DNA from: Candidatus Zhuqueibacterota bacterium
GTDB lineage: Bacteria; Zhuqueibacterota; Zhuqueibacteria; Residuimicrobiales; Krinioviventaceae
Direction of reading: 5' to 3'
NCBI GenBank assembly: GCA_034505495.1
Contig: JAPDQV010000009.1
Coordinates: forward strand, 39,496 to 103,495
Length of the DNA: 64,000 nucleotides
Below, one piece after another: positions 1 to 9,110 of the stretch. The translations under genes were made by a program, and so were the position numbers. Under the pieces are notes generated by a model. That model was given only the letters and a program-made list of their open reading frames with translations, had not been told where the DNA came from and did not search any database. Within the stretch, counting starts at the first letter, position 1; every line of letters begins with the position of its first letter.

Positions 1-1563
1 ATCATACAGATCAACGGTTCCCGCGAGATTTTGCAAAACCACGGTTTTCGGTGCATCGAGGTTCAACGTAAAATAGAGCGCCTCAGAGTCCGCCGAATTA
101 ACCCGCGGGTAACGCAGCTCGAACCAATCAACAAGCACCCAATCGAGAAAAGAGTCTGTGTCGCCCGGCCCGACAATTTTCAGCGTATTTCCGCTTGCCT
201 TGAGCAGTTGGGTTGAAAAAACGGTCGAGTCGAACAGCGTCACGCGTCCGTCCCAAAATTTATCATAGACAATTTGATCGTTGATCAAGATTTGGGTATG
301 ATGATCGGGGAAAACGCTCTGACTTTGGGCATAAGCCTGGATTCTAAATTTTAAAAAGGCTGCACCGCTTGGATCGATCGAGTTGATCGGCAGCGGATAG
401 GTGAGCGTTTTGGGGGCGCGCAAATCGTCCATAAACCACCGCTCGTTGTCGGTATGACCGGGAAAGTCGGCGCGCCGGATGCGGTCTATTTCCAGGCGAT
501 AGGTCGCGATGCCGCGGTTGATTAAATCATCGCCTTTGGGATATGCATCCTGTTCCTGCATGCGCAAGCCGTCGCTGCCGCCGTCCGGCGTCAGCCAGTA
601 GACGTTTTCGCTGTTATAGTAATCTTTGTAGGCAACTGCAAAGAACTCAACAGCATCGCCGTCGCTCCACCGGTCGAGGGAAGCGCATTGCATTCGCACA
701 GCGACTTCTTTACCGTCGCAAAAGAGAGCCAAACGCCGAGGTGGACTTTCCAAACGCATTCCCGCCTGCCGAAGATCCGAAGCCGTCAGTCGGTAGAGGC
801 CGGTTTGCGGGATAGTCAGCTTGTACCATTCTGTGCCGCGGTCAAGAAAATAGTCTTCAAGGGGGACAGCTTGGGCTTTCTGCAAAATTTTGGGCACGGA
901 TTGATGGTTAATCGTCAAGGCGGACAGCAAAGGATCGGGAGTCGTGTCCGTAAGACGGATTTCGCGGTCTCTTCCAGGCACTGCGTCAAAATAGACGGCT
1001 GCTTTCAAGGATCGGCAAAACTGCGCCTCGCCGGTCATCGGATTGACGCGCAGGGGAAAGAAGCGGTAACTGATCATGCGTTGGCCGCGGAACAGGCCTT
1101 CCTTGCCAAGTACAATATGGGCGGATGGGAAAAACGTCGATCGTTTATAGACTTCGCCTTCATCGTAGATGAGGGTTCTGTCCTCTGAGAATGCGGATGT
1201 TTCCAGCCGCGGAGCGGGCAGAATCCGCGGCAGCCGTCTCGTCTCGATCTCCTGGTCGATGATTTCCAATCGTGCGAGCGTGTTCGGGGGTAGGGTCAAC
1301 CAAAGCCCCGTCTGCGGCAAAGCAGGTTCTCCGGGGACGCTGTTCTGAGAACAACCGGCAATAGAGGGCAAACAATAATCCATTCCTCCGATTCCCTCAG
1401 CGGGAGAAACCAAAACCGACGGGGTAACAAAAGAAAAGACAACGTGCCGCTCGTCCTGCTCCAGCACAACCGGTGCACAAGACTCTTTTGCCAGGATCGA
1501 AGCAAAGGTTATGTATATAACAGTGGTTGCAATCCCAAGAATCTCAATCGGCTTTTTGCCCAC
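1..1563 (-). CDS. Secreted/anchored protein, N-terminal ~520 aa only; the 3' end lies beyond the window start. Function unknown.
   Basis: Uninterrupted minus-strand reading frame from GTG at 1563 to position 1. It is absent from the ORF track only because its stop codon is outside the window. GGGAGG Shine-Dalgarno 8 nt upstream. N-terminus MGKKPIEILGIATTVIYITFASILA is a signal peptide or membrane anchor. No catalytic motif recognised. Confidence 0.5.
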   Translation of the reverse strand, partial: MGKKPIEILGIATTVIYITFASILAKESCAPVVLEQDERHVVFSFVTPSVLVSPAEGIGGMDYCLPSIAGCSQNSVPGEPALPQTGLWLTLPPNTLARLEIIDQEIETRRLPRILPAPRLETSAFSEDRTLIYDEGEVYKRSTFFPSAHIVLGKEGLFRGQRMISYRFFPLRVNPMTGEAQFCRSLKAAVYFDAVPGRDREIRLTDTTPDPLLSALTINHQSVPKILQKAQAVPLEDYFLDRGTEWYKLTIPQTGLYRLTASDLRQAGMRLESPPRRLALFCDGKEVAVRMQCASLDRWSDGDAVEFFAVAYKDYYNSENVYWLTPDGGSDGLRMQEQDAYPKGDDLINRGIATYRLEIDRIRRADFPGHTDNERWFMDDLRAPKTLTYPLPINSIDPSGAAFLKFRIQAYAQSQSVFPDHHTQILINDQIVYDKFWDGRVTLFDSTVFSTQLLKASGNTLKIVGPGDTDSFLDWVLVDWFELRYPRVNSADSEALYFTLNLDAPKTVVLQNLAGTVDLYD

Positions 1564-1777
1564 TAGTCAAGCCTCCCTTGTTGATATTTTTGAAAAATAA
1601 AACTCTTTTTGGAAAGAAAAAGTAATTTGCTGTCATTCGAGCGACTGAATCATTATTTGCTTTAGGTAATTATTGAGCATTTATCAAGCAAAGGATCGCG
1701 TTTAGAAAAAGTTTAAATCATCTTGACTATCATGTTAAAGTTGGCTATTTTGTTTTAAAAATAGGAGTTTGTCGCCC

Positions 1778-3319
1778 ATGTCCTCTTCCAATAAATTTTC
1801 CACCGCCCAGCAGACGGTTTTGGTCATCTTGCGCATGCTGATCGGCTGGCACTTTATGTACGAAGGAGCCGTCAAGCTCTTTAATCCGGGCTGGTCTTCG
1901 GCTGTTTTTCTTGCCCGGTCGAAATGGCTCTTTGCAGATTATTTTCATCGCATTGCCGACTCGCCTGCGCTGCTTTCGGTTGTCGACCAATTGAACATTT
2001 GGGGGTTGCTCCTCATCGGGTTGGGGTTGTTTTTGGGCGTATTTACGCGGCTTGCAGCCGGTGCGGGATTTCTGCTCTTGGCGCTTTACTATGTCGCCAA
2101 TCCGCCCATACCCGGATACGGCGTCGGTATGCCGGCCGAAGGCAGCTATCTGCTGGTGGATAAGAATCTCATCGAAATGTTCGCTCTCCTGCTGTTTGTG
2201 CTCATTCCAACCGGTCGTCTTTTCGGTTTGGAGGGGCTCTTGAGCGTTATGCGAACCATTCGACAATCCAAAAAGAAAGCTCTTCAAGCGGATGTTAAGG
2301 TTAAATCTGCCGCAGATCTGAAGCGTCGCGAAATTCTCAAGAGTCTGGCGTTGATGCCGTTGTTCGGCGGATTCGTTTATGCGTTTGTACGCAAACAGGG
2401 ATGGGAAAGCTACGAAGAGAAGCACCTGCTTGCGGAAAAAATTCGCGGCCAAACCGACGGGACGACCGGCGCGACCCTCAAAACCTTTCAGTTTACCGAA
2501 CTGCGGGATTTGAAAGGTGAACTTCCGAAAGGCAAAATTGGAAATCTTGAAATCAGCCGCCTGTTTCTGGGCGGCAATCTGATTGGCGGCTGGGCGCATG
2601 CGCGCGATCTAATTTACGTGAGCAAACTGGTCAAAGCTTATCACACCGACCGTAAGATTTTCGATACGTTTTGGCTGGCGGAAAAGGCAGGCATCAATAC
2701 GATATTGACCAATCCGCAGCTCTGCCGCGTCATCAATGAATATTGGCGCAAGGAAAAAGGGACGATTCAGTTCATCTCCGATTGCGGGTGGAACAATCCC
2801 ATTGACGGGTTGGAGATCTCGATCGACGGCGGCGCTTGTGCGGCCTATGTTCAGGGCGGCATTGCCGATGCGCTGGTGGAACAAGGAGATTTGGACACGT
2901 TCGAAAAATTCTTGGTCAAGGCGAGAGCGAACGGTTTGCCTGCAGGAATCGGCGCACATAAGCTCGAAACGGTCAAGGCCGTGGTCGAGCGCGGCATTCT
3001 GCCGGATTTTTGGGTAAAAACCCTGCATCATACTCATTACTGGTCGGCCAATATCGCCAACCAAAACGACAACATTTGGTGCGAGAATCCGGAAGAGACC
3101 ATCGCCTATATGGAAACGCTCGAACAACCGTGGATCGCGTTTAAAACGTTGGCCGCGGGCGCCATCGAGCCGAAGGATGGATTTTCTTACGCATTCCGCA
3201 ACGGCGCCGATTTCATCTGTGCCGGCATGTATGATTTTCAGATCGTCGAAGACGTCAACATTGTTTTAGAAATTCTTTCGGGTGATCTGTCTGCTCGTAA
3301 ACGACCTTGGAGAGCGTGA
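1778..3319 (+). CDS. DoxX-family membrane domain (4 TM helices) fused to a ~330-aa uncharacterised soluble domain
   Basis: N-terminal 170 aa (ILRMLIGWHFMYEGAVKLFNPGW and further hydrophobic helices) match DoxX topology. A fifth TM helix (SLALMPLFGGFVYAFV) follows, then a soluble domain (LFLGGNLIGGWAHARD, GIGAHKLETVKAV) I cannot assign. ATG at 1778 with TAGGAG Shine-Dalgarno; the ORF track begins at TTG 1769. Confidence 0.55.
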   Translation: MSSSNKFSTAQQTVLVILRMLIGWHFMYEGAVKLFNPGWSSAVFLARSKWLFADYFHRIADSPALLSVVDQLNIWGLLLIGLGLFLGVFTRLAAGAGFLLLALYYVANPPIPGYGVGMPAEGSYLLVDKNLIEMFALLLFVLIPTGRLFGLEGLLSVMRTIRQSKKKALQADVKVKSAADLKRREILKSLALMPLFGGFVYAFVRKQGWESYEEKHLLAEKIRGQTDGTTGATLKTFQFTELRDLKGELPKGKIGNLEISRLFLGGNLIGGWAHARDLIYVSKLVKAYHTDRKIFDTFWLAEKAGINTILTNPQLCRVINEYWRKEKGTIQFISDCGWNNPIDGLEISIDGGACAAYVQGGIADALVEQGDLDTFEKFLVKARANGLPAGIGAHKLETVKAVVERGILPDFWVKTLHHTHYWSANIANQNDNIWCENPEETIAYMETLEQPWIAFKTLAAGAIEPKDGFSYAFRNGADFICAGMYDFQIVEDVNIVLEILSGDLSARKRPWRA

Positions 3320-3332
3320 GAGGCGTGCGGAA

Positions 3333-4373
3333 ATGTGCCCTTTGAATAAGGTTTATTGCCTGCCCTTGTTTTTCCTTCTGCTTGTATCATGCGCCAAGAA
3401 TCCGTCTGCAGTCGATGACGGCTATGCCCCATACACTCCTATTGTCTCGACCGTTTTCGCAGAGCGGCAAGTTTTCATTCCTACCCCTGCTTCTTTAAGC
3501 GGCATCCCTCCTGCATCTTTACATTGGGCGGCAGAAGTGGGCCGCATTGAGGTGACCGATTCGGGAATCGTATTTTTTGCACCTTCTGAGGGGGGATTGG
3601 CGCGCATTTTGGTGACAGCGGAGACAAACGAGCCGTCCGCCCTTACAGTCGAGCTGAACATTTATGTGCATCGGCAAATCATCATTTTCAAAGCCGACGA
3701 CCTGATTTGGGACCGCAAGACGGTTCTGCCTGCGGGATGGTTTCGATTCATCGAATTGATTCGTTCTAAAAAAGCAAGAGCCGCTTTGGGTATTATCGGT
3801 AGTTATTTGGAAAAAGCGGATACGCAGTTTTGCAGAATGGTGAAGGATTTGATGGCCGACGGCACTTTTGAGATTTTTAATCACGGCTTTACGCACCAAA
3901 TCAGCGGATCTGCGGGGTCGAATCCCGACAAGCCCTCTGAATTCTATCGCACCTCGGAAGCCGATCAGTTAACCAGTTTGCGCAAAACCCAACGACTGGC
4001 CCGAGAAAAACTTGGACTGACCCTAAGAGCCTTCGGTGCGCCCGGTAACGCGTTTGACAAGACCACCACACGCATTATAAATAAAGACCCTGATATTCTG
4101 ATTTGGTTTTTCGGCGATCCTGCCTGCTCCAAATTGGTTCTGAAACGAGCGGGAGAAATCGAATATCCAACGCCTAATCCCAGTTTTGCAGAGTTCGCCA
4201 AGCGCTATGATCCGATGCGCGAAATGTACGTCTTTCAGATTCATCCGCATCAATGGAAAGAGGCGCAGTTCCAAGAATTCCAAAAAATTCTCGATTTTCT
4301 TGTCGAAAAAAAGGTTACCTTTCTCACGCCGACCCAGTATTACCGCATTTTTGTGCAGAATAGAATCCCCTAA
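3333..4373 (+). CDS. Lipoprotein with an Ig-like (BIG2-like) domain and a polysaccharide-deacetylase-like (CE4/DUF2334-like) domain
   Basis: Lipobox LLLVSC after the internal ATG at 3333. Motifs FKADDL and FNHGFTH resemble the CE4 Asp-Asp and His-x3-His metal motifs. Family assignment is tentative. Confidence 0.45.
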   Translation: MCPLNKVYCLPLFFLLLVSCAKNPSAVDDGYAPYTPIVSTVFAERQVFIPTPASLSGIPPASLHWAAEVGRIEVTDSGIVFFAPSEGGLARILVTAETNEPSALTVELNIYVHRQIIIFKADDLIWDRKTVLPAGWFRFIELIRSKKARAALGIIGSYLEKADTQFCRMVKDLMADGTFEIFNHGFTHQISGSAGSNPDKPSEFYRTSEADQLTSLRKTQRLAREKLGLTLRAFGAPGNAFDKTTTRIINKDPDILIWFFGDPACSKLVLKRAGEIEYPTPNPSFAEFAKRYDPMREMYVFQIHPHQWKEAQFQEFQKILDFLVEKKVTFLTPTQYYRIFVQNRIP

Positions 4374-4396
4374 ACTTGCGCCGATAGCGATTCTGT

Positions 4397-5299
4397 CTAT
4401 TTTCCCATCCCCATTAACCGCATAAAAAGCTGCTTTTGGAGCCGCATGGCTTCCAGGCGATCCTGCGGTTCGCTGCGCGCCTCCAACAAGACCCAGCCGC
4501 AATAGTCGGTAGCCTTGAGAAGATCGAACAGCTGCCGATAGGGATAATCCGCATCGTCGAGTTCGCGTACGTGGAGCGTTGAGCCGAACCATGGGCGAAG
4601 CAAATTAAAGTTATACTCAAAGCCAGGCTCAACAAGATCCTCGGGGTTGCAGTTCCAACAAATGCGGACGTTATTTTCCGTAACTTGATCAAAAATTGCC
4701 TTCATGGTTTGCGGCAGCTGCGTCAGCCGACCGTGCACCTCGACGCGAATTTCCTGGCCGTAATCGTGTGCAAAGCGGCCGATCTCATTGAGGGATGCTG
4801 CGATTTGGGCTATGGTCTTTTCCGCGGGCACGCCGTCAGGCAAATCGTTCGGCTTTACCTTGACGCCGGAGGCGCCGATGTCATGGCATAATTTGATCAG
4901 CTCAAAGGTGCCTTCAATTTGCCTGCGCAGCTCCTGCGGATCCGGCGAATGGTATTCTTGGTTGGAGCCGTAGCCGACGCAGACGATGCCGCTTTCGCGA
5001 AAAAGTCGCTTTACCGCAGACCGCTGCTCGCGCGTCAGCGACGGTTCGACTCCGTGGGCGTGTCGTGTTCTTAACTCAACGCCTTCGTATCCGGTTGCCG
5101 CGCAGCTTTTCAGCAAGGTCGGCAGATCCCAATCTCTCCCCCATTGATAGGTGACCAGCCCGAATCGCATTTTCTTGGACAAATCTTCTTTTCCCGCAGA
5201 GCCGGAAATTGCCCGTCCAGACATGATTGAAAAACCGAGGCTGCAAAGCCCCATTTTCAAAAATGACCGGCGGTCTATACTAAAGGCATTTCCATCCAC
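4397..5299 (-). CDS. Tat-signal sugar phosphate isomerase/epimerase-like protein (xylose-isomerase-like TIM barrel)
   Basis: GTG start. Twin-arginine motif RRSFLK near the N-terminus. Remainder (RFGLVTYQW, EGVEL, EVHG) is typical of AP-endonuclease-2/xylose-isomerase-like TIM barrels. Confidence 0.7.
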   Translation of the reverse strand: MDGNAFSIDRRSFLKMGLCSLGFSIMSGRAISGSAGKEDLSKKMRFGLVTYQWGRDWDLPTLLKSCAATGYEGVELRTRHAHGVEPSLTREQRSAVKRLFRESGIVCVGYGSNQEYHSPDPQELRRQIEGTFELIKLCHDIGASGVKVKPNDLPDGVPAEKTIAQIAASLNEIGRFAHDYGQEIRVEVHGRLTQLPQTMKAIFDQVTENNVRICWNCNPEDLVEPGFEYNFNLLRPWFGSTLHVRELDDADYPYRQLFDLLKATDYCGWVLLEARSEPQDRLEAMRLQKQLFMRLMGMGK

Positions 5300-5320
5300 T
5301 GATCCTCACCCTTTCTTTGA

Positions 5321-6688
5321 CTAATTTTCCATATCAGACGGCAGGTCGAGGCCGTAACGCCGAATTTTTTCGTAAAGCGTCTTGCGGTCGATGCCCAATT
5401 GTCTGGCTGCCCGGCTGATGTTGTATCCCGCTGCCGCAAGCGTTTTGCGAATGTGCTCGCGCTCTACATCAGCCAAAGACAAAACTTCCGTTGCTTTAGT
5501 TTCGACTTGACGACGGATGTGCGGCGGCAAACTCGCAGGACGGATCAAATTGGATTCCTCGACAACCAAGGCCCGCTCGACGGCGTTCTGCAGTTCGCGG
5601 ATATTTCCGGGCCAAGGATAGTCGAGAAAAAGCTCGATCGCTTCATCGGAAAAACCTTCGACCGGCGTGTTACGACGCTTTATTTTGAATTGCTTGAGGA
5701 AATAATTTGCCAATAGAGGAATGTCCTCGCGACGTTCACGCAGCGGCGGAAGCTCGATGGGTATAACGTTAAGACGATAGTAAAGGTCTTCCCGGAATCG
5801 TCCCTCCTCCACCGCCTTTTTAAGATCGATATTGGCGGCGGCGATGACACGGACATCGACATGAATGGTCTGTGTGCTGCCGATGCGGCGAATTTCCTTT
5901 TCCTGCAGCGTGCGCAGAATTTTGGCTTGAATGCTTAGCGGGATATTGCCGACTTCATCAAAGAAAAAGGTGCCGCTGTGGGCAATCTCAAAGGCGCCGT
6001 GTTTGGTTTCCGTTGCGCCGGTAAAAGAGCCTTTGACGTGGCCGAAAAGTTCGCTTTCGAACAGAGTCTCGACCAGCGTACTACAGTCCATGACCACAAA
6101 CGGTTTGTCGCGTCGGGGTCCTGCGGCATGCACGGCTTTGGCGAAAAGCTCCTTGCCGGTCCCGCTCTCGCCGAGGATGAGCACCGTGCTGTCGGTCGGC
6201 GCCGCCTTAAGGATGAGATCATAGACCCTGCGGATGCGCTCACTCTTGCCTATGATGGTCAGAGGAGCGCCGTTGAAGGTTAAATGAAGCCCTGATTCAG
6301 GATCGATGTTGTACAACGACCGCTCTTCTTCGATCTTTTTAACCAATCGGACGAGTTTATCCGAGGAACTCGGTTTATCGAGATAATGAAAGGCTCCCAA
6401 TTTGATTGCTTCTACCGCCGTTTCGATGCTGGAAAAGGCGGTTACTAGAACAAACTCGGCACGCGGCGCCAACTCCTTGCCACTCTGGAGAAACTGGAGC
6501 CCGTCCATATCCGGCATCCGATAATCGACGAAAACAATTGCATAATCTCTTTTTTGCAGCTGTTCGAGTCCATCGGCGCCGTCTGCAGCGGTCGTCACGT
6601 CATAGCCGTGCTCGGTGAGGATGAGCGCGTAGGTGTGACGGATCATTTCGTCATCGTCGACGATCAGGATGTTGAGCGGCTCGTTCAT
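5321..6688 (-). CDS. Sigma-54-dependent response regulator (NtrC family): receiver, AAA+ sigma-54 activator domain, Fis-type helix-turn-helix
   Basis: ILIVDDDEMIRHTY and DYRMPDMDG (receiver). GESGTGKE Walker A, GAFE..GTFFFDEVG and RLNV (sigma-54 interaction). C-terminal LSRAARQLGIDRKTLYEKIRRYGL (Fis helix-turn-helix). GGAGAA Shine-Dalgarno. No histidine kinase adjacent. Confidence 0.9.
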   Translation of the reverse strand: MNEPLNILIVDDDEMIRHTYALILTEHGYDVTTAADGADGLEQLQKRDYAIVFVDYRMPDMDGLQFLQSGKELAPRAEFVLVTAFSSIETAVEAIKLGAFHYLDKPSSSDKLVRLVKKIEEERSLYNIDPESGLHLTFNGAPLTIIGKSERIRRVYDLILKAAPTDSTVLILGESGTGKELFAKAVHAAGPRRDKPFVVMDCSTLVETLFESELFGHVKGSFTGATETKHGAFEIAHSGTFFFDEVGNIPLSIQAKILRTLQEKEIRRIGSTQTIHVDVRVIAAANIDLKKAVEEGRFREDLYYRLNVIPIELPPLRERREDIPLLANYFLKQFKIKRRNTPVEGFSDEAIELFLDYPWPGNIRELQNAVERALVVEESNLIRPASLPPHIRRQVETKATEVLSLADVEREHIRKTLAAAGYNISRAARQLGIDRKTLYEKIRRYGLDLPSDMEN

Positions 6689-6828
6689 AAGTATTCTCCG
6701 CTTTAAATTTAAACAACCAAGCGAAATTTTCCGATTTTTTTCATTTGGGATCCACGCTTGACATTGACATGAGGAATCGCTAAAATTGCCGGTACAAAAT
6801 CGTAAAGCCCAACAGGAGAACGGTGAAA

Positions 6829-7659
6829 ATGATAAAACGAAGAGAGTTTTTTACACGAATGGGCGCGGCATTGGGGGCGGCTTCCCTACTTTCTCATTCC
6901 GTCAAGCGGGCAGAGGCTGCCGTCGGCATGGAACCGCTGACGCTGGGAATCGCCTCCTACTCTTTTCGCGCGTTCGATCTCGAAACGTGCCTCGAGATGA
7001 CGAAACGGTTAGACGTTCGGCACATTTGCCTAAAGAGCTTTCATTTGCCGTTGGAAGCTTCACCGGAAGAGATTAAAAAAGCTGCGGAAAAGGTACGCGC
7101 AGCCGGAATCGAGCTGTACGGCGGCGGCGTGATCTATATGAACACGGAAGCTGAGGTCAGGCAGGCATTCGAGTATTGTCGAGCTGCCGGCATGCAGATG
7201 ATGATCGGCGTACCGAAGCACGAACTTTTGGATATGGTCGAACAGCTGGCCGTGCAGCACGATTTGATCGTGGCCATTCACAACCATGGGCCGGGAGATC
7301 TGCTTTATCCTACGCCGCAAAGCATTTATGATCGAATCGTGAATCGCAACCGCCGCCTGGGGATCTGCCTGGATATCGGCCATGCCCAGCGATTGGGATT
7401 GGATCCGACGGCGCAATTTCGCGCTTACCATGACCGCATCTATGATATTCATATAAAGGATGTCAGCGCTCCGGCTCCCGAAGGCACGACGGTGGAAATC
7501 GGACGCGGCGTCATCGATATCCCAAAATTTCTTAAAACTGTCGCGGAAATGCATTACAAAGGACGTCTTTCACTCGAATATGAAAAGGACGAAAAAGATC
7601 CCCTGCCCGGCGCCGCCGAGTCGATCGGATATTTGCGCGGTGTTATGGCGACCTGGTGA
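6829..7659 (+). CDS. Tat-signal xylose-isomerase-like TIM-barrel protein (sugar phosphate isomerase/epimerase family)
   Basis: ATG at 6829 with AGGAGA 9 nt upstream; the ORF track begins at GTG 6823. RREFFTRMGAALGAASLL is a Tat signal. HNHGPGD, DIGHAQ and SLEYE motifs fit the family. Confidence 0.7.
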   Translation: MIKRREFFTRMGAALGAASLLSHSVKRAEAAVGMEPLTLGIASYSFRAFDLETCLEMTKRLDVRHICLKSFHLPLEASPEEIKKAAEKVRAAGIELYGGGVIYMNTEAEVRQAFEYCRAAGMQMMIGVPKHELLDMVEQLAVQHDLIVAIHNHGPGDLLYPTPQSIYDRIVNRNRRLGICLDIGHAQRLGLDPTAQFRAYHDRIYDIHIKDVSAPAPEGTTVEIGRGVIDIPKFLKTVAEMHYKGRLSLEYEKDEKDPLPGAAESIGYLRGVMATW

Positions 7660-7681
7660 GCCAACGACGAAAGGATCCTCT

Positions 7682-9055
7682 ATGTACGGCAAACGATTAC
7701 TTTTTCTGACATGCATCGGCAGTCTGTTCATCGTCTGCAAGAATTCCCGGCAAACCGAGGCGATGTTTACTCTTATGACGCTCGATCCCGGCCACTTTCA
7801 CGCGGCACTGGTGCAGAAAACCATGTATCCGCAGGTTTCCCCTCAAGTCTATGTCTATGCGCCGGACGGCGACGAACTATACGAGCATCTACGCCGCATC
7901 GAATCTTATAACTCGCGGCCGGAGAATCCCACGCGTTGGCAGGAAATCGTCTATCGAGGCGATGACTATTTGCAGAAACTTTTGCAGGAAAAGCCGGGGA
8001 ACGTGCTGGTGACTGCCGGCAACAACCGCCGAAAAGCGGAATACATTAAAGCCGCCGTCGACGCCGGAATTCACGTTTTGGCGGACAAACCGTTGTGCAT
8101 CGACGCCCAAGGGTTCGAGCTGATCAAAGAGGCGTTCGCATCTGCAGAAAAAAAAGGCGTGCTGCTTTACGACATCATGACTGAACGCTACGAAATTACG
8201 ACCATTCTGCAAAAGCGCTTGTCCGGCATACCGGATGTTTTTGGCGAACTGCTGACAGGAACGCCGGACGAACCCGCTATAACCAAAGAAAGCGTGCACC
8301 ACTTTTTCAAGTATGTTTCCGGCGCGCCGCTCAAACGGCCGGCCTGGTTCTTTGACACCACCCAGCAGGGCGAAGGCCTCGTCGACGTAACGACGCATCT
8401 GATCGATCTGATTCAGTGGGAATGCTTTCCGGAACAGATTTTGGACTATCGAAACGATGTCGAGATCTTACGCGCGCGCCGTTGGCCGACCATCTTGACT
8501 CCTGCTCAGTTCAAGCAGGTCACTCATCTGGACGATTATCCTGACTACCTAAAGCCTTATGTCAGCGACGGAAATCTGGTTGTATTCAGCAACGGCGAGA
8601 TCGTTTATCGCCTAAAAAACATCCATGCCAAAGTGTCGGTACTTTGGAATTTTCAGGCTCCCGAAGGCGGAGGCGACACCCATTTTTCCATCATGCGCGG
8701 CAGTAAAGCGGATTTAATCATTCGTCAAGGCAAAGCGGAAAATTATCGCCCCGAATTGTATGTGCGTCCCAATTCAAAAGCTTTAACGGCAGAATTCGAA
8801 AAGGCCCTGCAGGCGGCGATCGAAAAGCTGGCCAACGAATATCCTGGCCTTGGTCTCGAACGCGGTAATGACGAGTGGCGGGTCCTTGTGCCCGACAAAT
8901 ATCGCGTCGGCCATGAAGCCCATTTCGCGCAGGTGATGGAAAAGTTCCTCAGTTATCTTCAGGCGGGAAAATTGCCGGACTGGGAAGTCCCGAACATGAT
9001 CGCCAAGTATTACACAACAACGGCGGCGCTGCAGAAAGCTCTTATGGAAAACTAA
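7682..9055 (+). CDS. Gfo/Idh/MocA-like NAD(P)-dependent oxidoreductase, lipoprotein
   Basis: Internal ATG at 7682 gives [19 protein letters not shown], a lipoprotein signal. Rossmann-type LDPGHFHA and VLADKPL motifs. Most of the 531-aa track ORF upstream of 7682 overlaps the previous gene. Confidence 0.6.
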   Translation: MYGKRLLFLTCIGSLFIVCKNSRQTEAMFTLMTLDPGHFHAALVQKTMYPQVSPQVYVYAPDGDELYEHLRRIESYNSRPENPTRWQEIVYRGDDYLQKLLQEKPGNVLVTAGNNRRKAEYIKAAVDAGIHVLADKPLCIDAQGFELIKEAFASAEKKGVLLYDIMTERYEITTILQKRLSGIPDVFGELLTGTPDEPAITKESVHHFFKYVSGAPLKRPAWFFDTTQQGEGLVDVTTHLIDLIQWECFPEQILDYRNDVEILRARRWPTILTPAQFKQVTHLDDYPDYLKPYVSDGNLVVFSNGEIVYRLKNIHAKVSVLWNFQAPEGGGDTHFSIMRGSKADLIIRQGKAENYRPELYVRPNSKALTAEFEKALQAAIEKLANEYPGLGLERGNDEWRVLVPDKYRVGHEAHFAQVMEKFLSYLQAGKLPDWEVPNMIAKYYTTTAALQKALMEN

Positions 9056-9080
9056 AAAGGGCTTTTTACAAAGCCCTTTT
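9055..9080. terminator. Bidirectional rho-independent terminator between convergent genes
   Basis: Perfect 11-bp stem AAAAGGGCTTT / AAAGCCCTTTT with a 4-nt loop, flanked by an A-run on one side and a T-run on the other. It lies between the stop of the + gene (9053-9055) and the stop of the - gene (9111). Confidence 0.7.
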
Positions 9081-9110
9081 TAGCCTTACCGACTCATTTT
9101 ACGGCGGCTT

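Noticed and set aside
688-1188. 166-aa plus-strand ORF
   Set aside because: It is antisense to the long, uninterrupted minus-strand frame (1..1563), which has a signal peptide and a strong Shine-Dalgarno site. It has no recognisable motifs, and its Arg/Gly-rich composition is typical of antisense frames in GC-rich DNA.
6740-6765. Possible sigma-54 promoter (TGGGAT-N6-TTGA) between the NtrC-type regulator and the Tat-TIM-barrel gene
   Set aside because: The -12 element lacks the conserved GC (TTGA instead of TTGC), so it is too weak to call. Mentioned only as a place to look.
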